A stretch of DNA of 63,916 nt, counting the filler, from Collodictyon triciliatum (Eukaryota): the NCBI GenBank assembly GCA_043381765.1. It is 3 parts of 3 records of this genome, joined end to end, with 100 filler letters (N's around TTAATTAATTAA, not from the genome) between each part and the next. Parts side by side here need not be neighbours in the genome. Positions count along the whole stretch, not along the records: positions 1 to 28,420 come from JBHJMP010000977.1; 2 more parts are not named here. One strand, 5' to 3'. The translations under genes and the position numbers were made by a program. Position 1 is the stretch's first letter. Each line of letters opens with the position of its first letter. Positions 12,201 through 23,628 of the stretch are shown piece after piece. Below the pieces are notes generated by a model, which saw nothing but the letters and a program-made list of their open reading frames with translations, was not told the origin of the DNA and ran no database searches.

Positions 12201-14616
12201 GCCGTAGGTGATGTTATATCCTCCCGCAAGATTAACGGAAATCGCATTTTCCAAATGTCTGAGGAAGAGCTAAAATCTGAATTTGGAGAAGATGGCGGCA
12301 GGCTGTTGGATGTCGCTCGCAATCCCACAAAATGTAAGTATATTGGCAGACTAATGATTTGGCCTTCTTGCATACCATAGAGAGGAAACTGTTTATGGTT
12401 CATTTTACAATCATATAATCCCCCTACTGAGCCTGCGGTGGAAAAAAAATCCTAACAATATCACCATACAGATGAATATTTGAAGCCAAACCTCGAGTTT
12501 ACCCGAGAAAAGCTTTTTGAAGCATGGGACAGCAAAGCTGGAACTTCTACCTCTGAGACAACTTACACGAAGGAAGAGGATGGCTTTGAGTTGCCTTTTG
12601 TTACCCAGCTAATATCGGACGTGAAGACATGGTATTATGAGCTAAGAGAGGCCGTTTTTGGATCTTTTTTCACTGACCCTTTCCGTCAAACGCCTGGATT
12701 TGGTTGGCAATTCTTGTTTTGCCTTTGGAGAGCCTTTGTTCAAACATACCGCGACAGGAGCAAGATGATTGTTGATTCTGTATTACATCTATTCGCTGGG
12801 CTTTTCCTTGGTGTTGCCTCAAATGGTTTAGAATACATAGGTCCTATTCCTGCTGAGCTTGCTCCTGCCTGTCCATATGAACTACTTTCTCAGGATGAAT
12901 GCACACTCCCAATCAGTGACAACTTTGCTCAGTCAGGAAGTATGAAGGAATTAAACAATACATTTTGTGAAAATTATAAGAATTTTCCTCTTTTCATTAT
13001 AAAAGATTTCATCGTAAGGTCCTTTCTACTACTCGCTGGCTTCCTCTTTCTCTTTTTACTACTCGATTGTCATTAACTGAATCCATCTCATCGAATAATG
13101 TTATTGATTGCATATGTTCTCCACTCTTCCCACTTCTTTCATCCGAATCCTGTTCTCTGCGTTAAGATCTCATTTGCTGGGCCATTGGTAAGAATTATAT
13201 CTGGTTATTATCTATCTTATTTTCGAATTTCTTTTAATTTACGCCGATAAAAAATGACTTGGGTTGAGGCTTGCGCCCCTTTTCCCTGTACTTTAAACTA
13301 TCTTGTTGGTAAAAACAAATATATTAGGCTTCGCTGGGATAGCAGTTGGTTCAGGAACTTTTGGAAACGAAAAGGTTGTCTACTGGCGAGAGGCGTCTGC
13401 AGGACTCAACCCATTCAGTTACTTCTTTGCTAAAGTAATAGCTGATATTCCTCGTACGGTAAGTCCTCTCCCTATATACCCATCGCCGGATGCTTCACAG
13501 GTTATACCAACTGCTCACCAGGGTGTTTCGTTAATTTGGATGTCCATCTGAACAGATTCTCTCTGGCACGCTCTTTTACCTGGCATATGTGTTTGTGTTT
13601 TCACCAGTTGGCCGACTAGACCATTTGTACATGCTGATTTTAATTCTGTACTGGGCTGGTTTCAGTAGTGGGTATGTGTTTCTTCTGCACCCATTTTTTT
13701 CTACTTCAATCAATTCACATGTCTTCGATGTACGCTCGAGTTTCAAAATACTTGAGCTCCATCTCATTCGAGCGGGTGTGATGGTGTATTGCCAGGAATC
13801 GTTTGTTTTAATAGCCTTCATATCTAGATATTTCATCTCTCAGCTCGTCCACGTCGAAGCTGCGCCTTTGGTCGGTATTGCTTTTGCCTTGGTCTGGTCT
13901 GTCGTTTTTTCTGGAGTTAACCCGAGGTTGCCCGAGGTGTCAGAAACGTATGGACCTGCATCACAGTCATTGTGGAACATTTCTTATGCCAGGTACTTTT
14001 CTACTCCTTTCATGCACTTTAAGACATTATAACTATGACTATTAACTATGACTCTGATTATGACTTTGATTATGACTTTGATTATGACTTTCATTGGACT
14101 ATGAATATTATTAAAAAATATTATGATGATTGGATACATGTCCCCACGGAGTTTCTCCTCCATTCTTTCATTTTATCATGTCTGTCCACCATTTGAAGAA
14201 GACAATACCTAAATATGGCTTTATCTGTACAACTTGCCTCTCCTTCGTTTGAAATCATTTTTAGGTGGGGGATTGAGGCATTCTACATTATCAACGTTAC
14301 TCCCTTTGAGCACGAATCTGTCGACCCTGGATTGGATTACTGGTTTTTGCCCAATATTTATCACAACATTTTGTCATATAGTAATTACCTATCGAATTTT
14401 TGTTTACTACAGCAAATATGATGCCTGGCCTTAGATTTTACCCCAATTATTTTTATGTGTAAAACATATCTCAAGTGCAACGTTTCCTCTCTTTATAGGG
14501 GATATGACCTGAATAACTTCTGGGACTGCATAGGCCGAATCTTTGGAATATGCCTCATGTGGCAATTCCTGGCGTTAGTGGTGATGCTCGTCAAAGATCG
14601 CGACAAAAAGAAGTAA
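8692..14616 (+). CDS. ABCG half-transporter with signal peptide, Cys-rich ectodomain, TM helix, NBD, SAM-like insert and TMD (ABCG24/28-like architecture)
   Basis: Hydrophobic signal peptide [18 protein letters not shown]; CPxGxYC repeats; Walker [11 protein letters not shown]-loop GFVPQED; signature [10 protein letters not shown]; Walker [13 protein letters not shown]-loop VIHQP; TMD motif [12 protein letters not shown]; stop TAA at 14614-14616. Confidence 0.93.
9129..9252. repeat. (AAC/AAT)n microsatellite in ABCG intron 1, followed by a 34-bp tandem duplication (~9280-9347)
   Basis: Direct reading. Confidence 0.95.
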
Positions 14617-15389
14617 AAAAAAAAAAAAAGAAACTTCGGCAGGCCACCTATTTCTTTCTGGGTGTTATCAGACGAACGCCATGTTCATATGCTGACATCT
14701 TTTACCATTTTCACATTCGTCATTCTCTCCCCACTCACAATAGCACAATGTGCTTCTTTTATTCTATAAGTTTCAAGTCACCAGCAAAACAAAAAAAGGA
14801 CTGGGCATATTGGAATAAAATTTTGGTGGGATTTTGTGGAAGGAAATAAATGTAGGAGAAGCGAGAGGTAGAGAGGGAGGAGGATGGAGAAGGAACGGAA
14901 TGGTTTACTCAGGAAAGTGGAAAACGCATTCGTGTGACACCGTCCACTTGTTTAATATCAGACGCCTATTATTCCACACGACTCTGTTAACCTCGGGCAA
15001 CTAGCAAGGAAGCCTCACAATCGATGCGTAACGAGATTCTTGGCCCCAAAGACACAGGTGGTTCTAGGAGAAAGCGATTACCGCTTCATGTATCCATGGG
15101 GATTTCTGTATCACACAGCGAAGGAAAACGTGTGTATATGAGGCTGGAAGCTACGCAAGGGATTTGCACGCCAGTTTGTTACGGCTAGCTCTTGTTGACT
15201 CGGGCTGCTCTGTCTTACATAATCCTTACTATTTTTCTTTTCGTAGGGGTGTCTTTATTCTCTCTATCTCTGTTTTTTTATACATATATATTTTTATCAC
15301 TGCCTACACATACACCGCATTTTATTGTCTCATGGGATAAACCAACACCAACATAATGATAAAAAGAAGGAACAAAGGCGAGCCTTCAA

Positions 15390-18300
15390 TTGTTACCTGG
15401 AAAAGAGCTTATAATTAAAAATAAGCCATGTTAAAGTATTGTTAAACCCCAGTTTTTTTTTTTATTGGACAGAAATAATAATAATAATAATAAAAAAAAA
15501 AAGGAAGTCAGACGGAGGCAAATCTCCCTTGGCCAGTTTGGCAGACGAAGGTTGCCTACACCAATCTTTGTGAGAAGCGATACTCATTTCAAAATAAAAT
15601 ACTATTGTATGTATCATAAAATCAGCTGAAGATTACAAAATCATGGGGTATTTCTTCATAAATTCCCTGTGGGAGAGCCCAGTCAGTGTGAAAGTAAAGA
15701 AGCTCAATTCTAGGCACCTCGGAGGTGCGACCCTTTTGAATCCTCTCCACCAAATGATACAAGGATGGAGTCAATCTCTTTACCCTAGAGTCCTAAATTT
15801 CAATTCAATTATATAAAGAGTATCGATCCGGTGGCCGTAGTAAGGAACAGAAAGAAGAAAACCAAATGTGGGGAAATGAAAAAAAAAACCTCTAAGTGGA
15901 GTCCAATCATATCTAGGATTATTTTAATATATGTTGGAACTATATACAAATTTGACATGAAATCGTCTTCTTCAGTTGAATAATCGATTTGAATAGAACT
16001 CCAAGGTATGTTTTTGACAAGAATACGCCTTCCATGGTCACAAACATAGAAATCTGAATTTTTAAAGGAATACTGTTTTGAATATATGAGAAAAATCTTA
16101 TTGAAAAGGGCATGCATTTTATTTCTTCATCATCATGCAGTTATTTTGTTTCTGATTACTTTCCAGGGTCAGTTCTGAGGCCAAACTGTGTGTGGTCATT
16201 CGACGCAAATCCTTTTTTTTTTTTTTTAATATATTAATAAATAAATTAAATTGAATAGATTCAAGTGATGGCTTCGTTATTTAGATATTTTTTTTTTTAT
16301 CGTTGGATACTTCAACTTCAAGTCAAATATTCAAACGCACAATAATAGCATCAAGAATTTGCTGCTTCCAATATATGAAAAGGGCAGATTCACATGAAAG
16401 TTCTGTGACAGCACGACGGCATAGGTCTCTTATTGAATAGCACTATGAAAATTATCATGTTTACGATTCCAGGAGAAGAAAAGATGCAACATCTCAGGAC
16501 AGTATATATTGATGGATGATTCACAAACATTTTCTATTTCTTCGTATATATACACTTTGGAGTTGCCTGAAGAGAGTGTCATCATATTAATGAAACTAAT
16601 CAGGACATTGTCGAATATTTAACAAAAAGCACATACAAGGCAGTTTGATAGATTATACCTTCTATATGCACGGGAGGAGAATCACTAAACGACAAGAACT
16701 TGACAAAATGGTTGGACAAAACTATCAAAGTTAAAATAATAATAAGTGATAGTCCGGTAAAATTACTCACACGCCACAATATTACATAAATGTCGTCAGT
16801 GCATGTACTAAAACAATAGCAACAAAGGATGGCAACCTAATTGCTTGAGGCAAATCATTTCAAGATCGATAGCAGAAATGACATCGAATGGAACTCCGCT
16901 CTTCGGGACAACAACTGCACGAACTGGGCGGTCTATGTTAGACGGATCAAATGGAGATGAGTATAGGGGTTGTATTATTCATTTTTTTTCTTACTACTTC
17001 TTTATTTTTTGAGAGTATAGCTTTCAAAGAGTGGCTCAGATATCCGTTCATGTAGTCTACATTGCTCAATAAAAAAAACACCAGTGACCGTATAAACTCA
17101 AACATTTAAAGCTGGAGCAATAAATGTTTCCGGTATGATTTATATAGAGAAAATAGAGACATTATTGAATCCCTTATTCTCTTGCTACAGAATTCCAATC
17201 TTTCCTCATCGCCGGCAATAGACATTTGAATTAAAAAAATATTTTTGTGCACCATTCCGCTTTGTCAAGAGCCTCAATGAAAAGATGCCGTGACCTAACC
17301 GCTCTGTCTTTTGGGGCAGTTCAGGATTCGGGACATAAACTTGTCCAATCTACAAATTGACAGAAATAAATATTTTCTCTAGTGCAAGGAGCTAACCAAT
17401 TCCATATTATGATTTAATTATTCTATATTAATATCAATTCTTGGCACAGTATTACCATTTTTTTGTTCTTTTCATTTAACTCTTGGATTATAAACTTGAA
17501 CCTATCCTGAAATTGTTTCGGAGTGAAGTGGTGTCTCTTTGTTTTTGTAATTCTGGACTTGATGGCATCGATATTTCTAGTTCGAACATCTGGATCTGTG
17601 AATGCTTCCGGAGATATACCTTGCTCTATGAAAAATCTAGCACTACATATCTATGTTCAGTATATTTACAGTCTTTCACAGTTGACAGAAACAAAAAAGG
17701 AAAGTAAAAAAATGTCATATGGAGTTATCTTACGCTTCTTGTCGGTCACCCAAAACAAATTCGTTTTCGATACGCTCGGATGTCGTTGTTATGGAAGAGA
17801 GATTATTTTGCAAATCAGATAAAGAGTTAAAAAGATGCAGTTTGTGGAGTTCAGGTTGTTTTTCTATTTTGATCGCTAGAATCTGTTCCTTCATTCTATG
17901 TAGCTACATTTCCATATTAAAAGGAAAAAGAAAAATCAGAAAATTGATATGCTCTCAAAAAGTTTGCTGAATCTTCATGAGATTAATATAAACACTACTA
18001 CCAATCCTACTAATAGTACTGCTAATAATCGTAATAATGTTACATACCAAATCTTTAGCCTCAGATATAGAGCTAAATATTGGTACGAGTTCATCTCTAG
18101 GATTCCTTTTAAAAAGAACATCAAGGAGCTCCTGGAAACTTGCACCAGATATTGCATTTGTAGAGGAGTTCTCTGACTACGCATTTTATTATTAGGTAAT
18201 AGTAGCGCACATAGCGTTGGAGAGTAGGCTGGAATGTAATGTATATTCTTACCCTCCTCTCCCTATTCACCCCAACGAGGTTCAATCTTGCCTCTAATAT

Positions 18301-18743
18301 AATCTTTCTTTCATTTTCAAGGATGAGGCCGGACTGCTCCAATAACTCAACAAAATTGGCCCTGTTTAGAGCACGGTTCTTAGTTACTCGTATACATAAA
18401 CAAATATACAGTATAATTGTAAAATCGTTTCTGAGTTGATCGAACAATGACGTCGATAAAGGCTTTCTATGGGAAGAAACAACCAAAAAGATTGTAAAGT
18501 AGCAACTAGGAGGAAGAAAAAAAGGATATGTATTACACAAAAAAAAAAAGTTTAAAGAAAAAACAACCAGCCGCGCCAAACTCACCACTGTTCGTCCGTC
18601 TTTAGTCTAGGAATGTATCCCTCGAAAGTGGAAAACTCATGGGCATATTTTGAGTCTTCCAAACCGGCAGCAAGCAAGAAGCAGGCGTGGAACAAGTTGT
18701 TTGTATTTGTAGAGTCCAACCGATCAAAGAGGCCAACCTCCAT
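15390..18743 (-). CDS. Hypothetical multi-exon protein; 5' exons 18743-17300 reasonably supported, 3' extent uncertain
   Basis: ATG at 18743 (MEVGLFDRLDST..), then phase-compatible GT-AG exons (..ANFVELLEQSGLILENERKIILEARL.., SENSSTNAISGASFQELLDVLF.., LHRMKEQILAIKIEKQ..). Further small exon-like segments occur down to about 15390. No family recognised. Confidence 0.55.
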
Positions 18744-18775
18744 AGCGACAAACTAACCTGTCCTATTCACAGAGG

Positions 18776-18873
<98 letters not shown>

Positions 18874-19000
18874 GAAGATGCCATACAAAAAAAGTGATAA
18901 GAACAAGAGAACGAGAAAGAGAGAAAGGGAGAAAGAGAGAAAGAGAGAAAGAGAGAAAGAGAGAAAGAGAGAAAGAGAGAAAGAGAGAGAGAGAAAGAGT
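18776..19000. repeat. (AAT)n and (GAGAGAAA)n microsatellites upstream of the orphan gene
   Basis: Direct reading. Confidence 0.93.
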
Positions 19001-19597
19001 AGATAACAAAAGAGAGAAAAAAAGAGAAAAAAGAGAAAGAAGACTTCTTGTTCAATAATCGCGCACGATCGCCCAAAAGGAGTGATTTAAAAGTGGTGTG
19101 ATGCTTCAAAGATCGTTGGCACAGTACAAGTTGTCAGGAATACAACAGCAGCATTCTTTCCTGGCAGCTATGATCAGTCCATTGAGGCAAAAAGGCAGAA
19201 TATAAAAGAAAAAGAAATGAGCACTTGATTATTGCCTGCTGAGCGCTTCGGCCATCCTTTGCGAGGGGGAAATCGTGTGATGATGAGAAAGCAGCCACAC
19301 AAGGAAGCAACAGAATAACGTAAATGCGCCAGATTTAAAATCCTCACTGCACCCTTATATTATCCAGATATGGATAAATCCTTATGCGCAAGTTCTCGGA
19401 AGACAGTTTGCCAAGGGGAATGCTTCGTGGCACTTGTTTCGTCTCTGGTTGTGAGTCCCACAAAAGCAGACAAACACAAAAACATATAAACACAAACACC
19501 AATCCTAGACGGACTCTCAGGAAAAGCAGAAGGGTAACTCTGTCTTCTTTGGTGGCTGTTGTGCCGACTTCTTAGATATTACCATTTTGTCCAGTTT

Positions 19598-19691
19598 TTT
19601 TCTTTTCTTTTCTTTTCTTTTCTTTTCTTTTCTTTTCTTTTCTTTTCTTTTCTTTTCTTTTCTTTTCTTTTCTTTTCTTTTCTTTTCTTTC
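19598..19691. repeat. (TTTTC)n microsatellite just upstream of the E2 start codon
   Basis: Direct reading. Confidence 0.95.
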
Positions 19692-19773
19692 TGTTATTTC
19701 GGATCAGCCTTCTTTCTTCGGTTTTCTCTCAGCCGCCATACAATCTTACCACATACTCATATCGTCTCAGATC

Positions 19774-22700
19774 ATGAGTTCAAGTTACCTTCTGCGCCTG
19801 ACCAAAGAGGTCAAAGACCTCCAAAAGGCTCCACTCGAGGGAATGTAAAAAGAAAACAACTTAGTGCTTAACAATCCACTTTTTTTCGAACTTTTACTCG
19901 CTGAGTCTACAAAATAAAATATGGGCATTATGACCGCAACTTCAACTAATTTACTTTCAACTTTTTCATCTTTTCATATCATTTTCTTATTTTGTTCTCG
20001 TAATCTTTCTAGTTTTGTTGCGCCTGACGAGAACGATATCAGTCAAGTCCACGCTTTGATTTTTGGACCCTCTGGAACACCATACGAAGACGGATTCTTT
20101 TTCCTGCACCTCTCTTTTCCTCCGCAATATCCCCACAAACCCCCGCATGCCAAATTGTAAGCAACATCCTGCCTACCTTATGTTTTTTATTCCACACCAC
20201 GCTAAATCACGATTATTACCTTTGGCTCCTATGGATGTAGTCTGACAACTGATGGTGACCGAGTAAGATTCAACCCAAATCTGTACGCAAACGGCAAAGT
20301 CTGCCTATCGATTCTTGGCACTTGGTCAGGTATAGCAGAACTTGACTTTGCAACTTTTTTTTTTTTTTTTTGTTAAATCACATCATGCATCATTGATAAT
20401 TTGTCTGCATCCCAGACTTATCTAAAATATATTATATTTATATTACAAAGGACCTGAATGGCATTCTAGCTTGGGACTTGGCACAGTTCTCTTGTCCATT
20501 CAGTCTCTGATGAGCAATGAACCTTTCAGAAATGAGGTAGTTTTCTATATGATGCATTCATTTCTTGGGTGCTAGAAATCATATTTAATATTGCTTACTG
20601 GCAATGATTTGACTAATGTCGTACAATCTTATTGGTATAGCCTGGTCACGAAAACGTGAGTATTATGAAATAAAGATGCATTAAGATAAATTCATGAATG
20701 TTAATCGAAGCTACTTTACCATGTCATAGTTGTGTTTTTCCCCTTCCATTTACTTATAGACATGATTTGTAATTTTAGGCAAGAGTCGATCAAGTAGAGG
20801 CATACAATAAAGTGATTAGGCATGAAACACTTCGAGTGGCAGTCGTTGGCTCCATGTCAAATCCTATTTATCCTGGTAATCGCCCTTGCTTTAGATTTTA
20901 TCAATTTTATGCGTTATTTAATCTAGCCAAAGATCTAATGATCATCACACAGAATTCAAGCCTATCTTAGAGCAGTATTTCTTGCTCAATTACAGGTGCT
21001 GTCTTCATTCGATCTTACATTAATGCTTTTATCAACATTTGAAGTTTTATCACTAGAAAAATTATCATCGATACTCTATGTATATGCCACCGTGACCATG
21101 GATTAAAATAAAATTTCCCCCCACAAATTACATACCTTCATACTATATCATCTAGAAAGAATATGTCGAGAGCTCTGAAGCTTTCATCAGAATTTGATGG
21201 CCAAACATTTGAGGTTGACTACATTTTATATCCATTTCCCCCATACCATCTACCAATTTTATGCATATCATTTGTTACATTTAATTTTACTATTATCCAA
21301 ATTAATGTTCCAAATGAAGAAAATGCAAAGTTTAATCACTGAACTTATAGGACCCTCATCGCTCCAACCGAGGAATCTACAATTACAAAGTAATTTTAAC
21401 TCCTGCAAAGGGACTGATATATGTACAATCACACGAGTTTTTACTTTTTATATTTTTATTTGCTCTTATCATTATATTTTCTTCCATTTTGATGTATGGT
21501 GTACATTTTATAGGCCATCGTCAAAAATCTGGAAGAGATAAAGGAAATCATTGAAAAAGGATACGAATCGAAGGGCACTGCTGCTTCTAGTGAGAACCTA
21601 TTGACATATTCAAGAAGAAAACTCCTTATTGAAGCTGATTATTTTTACTTGTTTTAACAGAACCTGGATATATGTATACCCAAGCAGAAATGACGCTCAA
21701 GGACCAATTCGATGATCTGTCTTCCAAGCCCCTCTGGGTTTTCATAAAATCAGATATTTAATCATACTAAGATATCAATCAAACGCTGAAGCATCAAAAC
21801 CGATGTACATAAAAATTATAATAATACCATTTTTATAGGGAGTGTCGTTAGGGATGATAGATTCTGATATTAACCATTGGTCAGTATCCGTCGTAGGGGC
21901 CGACGAAACCATCCTTGAAGGTTTTTTTTTATATTCATCATACTATTAACAATTAGAGTAAGATGTAAGCCATCAATGATATTGAGGAGCAACTAAATGA
22001 CGTTGTGAAAAAAAAATTACCTGTTTATTTATTCTTCCTTTCGAATAGCCAATAATTCATCTCGGTGATTATTCAATCGATATTAGGCTGTGTGATTTTC
22101 TTCAATATCAAATTCAACAAAAATTTTCCTGACGTGCCTCCCAAAGTCTACTTTCCCAACCCTGTCTTCCATCCGAATAGTCGGTTTTAGAATCATTTAT
22201 TAACTCAATCAACAATTTTGCATCTTAAAGGAACATCGCGTTCCTATTCACGTGTTGAATGTTAAAGTCTGTTCGATTTCTATTGCGAAATTGGGATACC
22301 ATTTTATTATTCTCGATTTATTGAAATCTTAATCAACCCCTTTGAATATAGTAAGTGAGGATGGTATACCTTGTCTAACTGAACTTCAAGAATGGAGACC
22401 AGAGTACTCTATTGGATGCCTAATTGTCTCTATTCAAGTGAGTGAAATAGGGAGCCGAATGACATATTTAACTTTGGCTTTGTGTCGAGATTCCCTGTGA
22501 AATAAGTTTTCCTCAATCGGTGGGCTTGACCACATAATCATAATAGGTACCTATCCCAGTTATACTTTTCTCTCCTGTTAACATTATCAAAAAATGAACT
22601 AGGCTCTTCTCACGAACCCAAACATCAGCAACTTTGTGAATGTAGAGGCTGCAGAACTGTTCAAGACGAATCCAACCCGATACAGGCAAGTTTGTCTCGA

Positions 22701-22784
22701 TGGCCACCACGATGCATACTCATTCTACTTATCGCCATCGCTATTAACAGGTCTCGTCTCCGCCGCAGTCTGGAAGACAGCTAA
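19774..22784 (+). CDS. Tandem two-domain E2 ubiquitin-conjugating enzyme (UBE2Z-like N-domain plus UBE2U-like C-domain)
   Basis: Domain 1: [48 protein letters not shown] (Cys codon 20302-20304). Domain 2: [40 protein letters not shown] (Cys codon 22372-22374). The two are joined in frame by intron 21590-21660. Confidence 0.8.
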
Positions 22785-23387
22785 GTTCGCATTTCGCACC
22801 AAGTAGCCTAGTCCGACCCGAACTTTCCAGACTTTGGCGATTCGGCATGATAAAATAAAGTGATAAAAGAAAAAAAAATATAAATAGATTAAAAACGCAA
22901 ATATATAATTTCCACACATAGTAATCCAAAACACAACCTTGTGAATAGGCAATAATGGCTAAAATTTTGTCAACCTCAGCCCCAAAGCGGCAGAGAGGTC
23001 TTCAATTTATCCTAATATGGAAAATAATTTATTGGGAAACATCTTTTGGTTGCAAAGGCCGCGATTATTGGCGCACTGGGTTGCGGAAAAACCACGATGA
23101 ATGGGAAACAAGGAGGCGCGTTGACAGACAACCGGGTTGCTCTGCGGGCTTTTGCCTTATGACTGCAACACGAATCTTTCTGCCAGGAATCATCTTCGGA
23201 GAAGGCTTGAGTTCTTATGGGCCTAAACGCGGGTAATCAAGCAAGCAACCTGACCTGCCCTGATTGAAAAGCGGTGATGAAAAGTATGGGATGGGCAGCC
23301 CAGGCGAAACTTAGCGACCCCCTTTAAAAAAAAAAAAAACGCTCGAGAGAACTACTTCTGTCTGAATCTGATAAAAAAAAAAAAAAA

Positions 23388-23516
23388 GGAGTGAATACTA
23401 TCAGCTATTTGCAAAGCCATCAAAGTCTCATTCTGAAGTACCTACACAAACTCTCTTGCCTCACTGTCCAAAATAAAGTTTTCCAAAAAGAAACAATAAA
23501 TCAAAAAAAAAAAAAC
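23388..23516 (+). repeat. ~130-bp poly(A)-bounded dispersed repeat, copy 1
   Basis: GGAGTGAATACTATCAGCTATTTGCAAAGCC...AATAAATC(A)n is nearly identical to 28267-28400. Confidence 0.92.
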
Positions 23517-23628
23517 GCTTTTAAACGTACACGAGTCTGCTTCCCCTTAATTTTTTCTTTTACCCTCCTTTTCGATCTTCCCTTCTGATCAAACAATTAA
23601 CGAAACAAATAGAAGAAAGCAAGATCAA

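Noticed and set aside
15960-16040. RRM-like RRILVKNIPW peptide on the minus strand
   Set aside because: No RNP1 follows, and another frame fits neighbouring splice phases equally well.
18468-18587. Possible in-frame TGA (selenocysteine or recoding) at the first junction of the orphan gene
   Set aside because: An upstream acceptor (..CCTAG|TTGC) gives TGT and an open frame. No SECIS was seen, and TGA ends other genes here.
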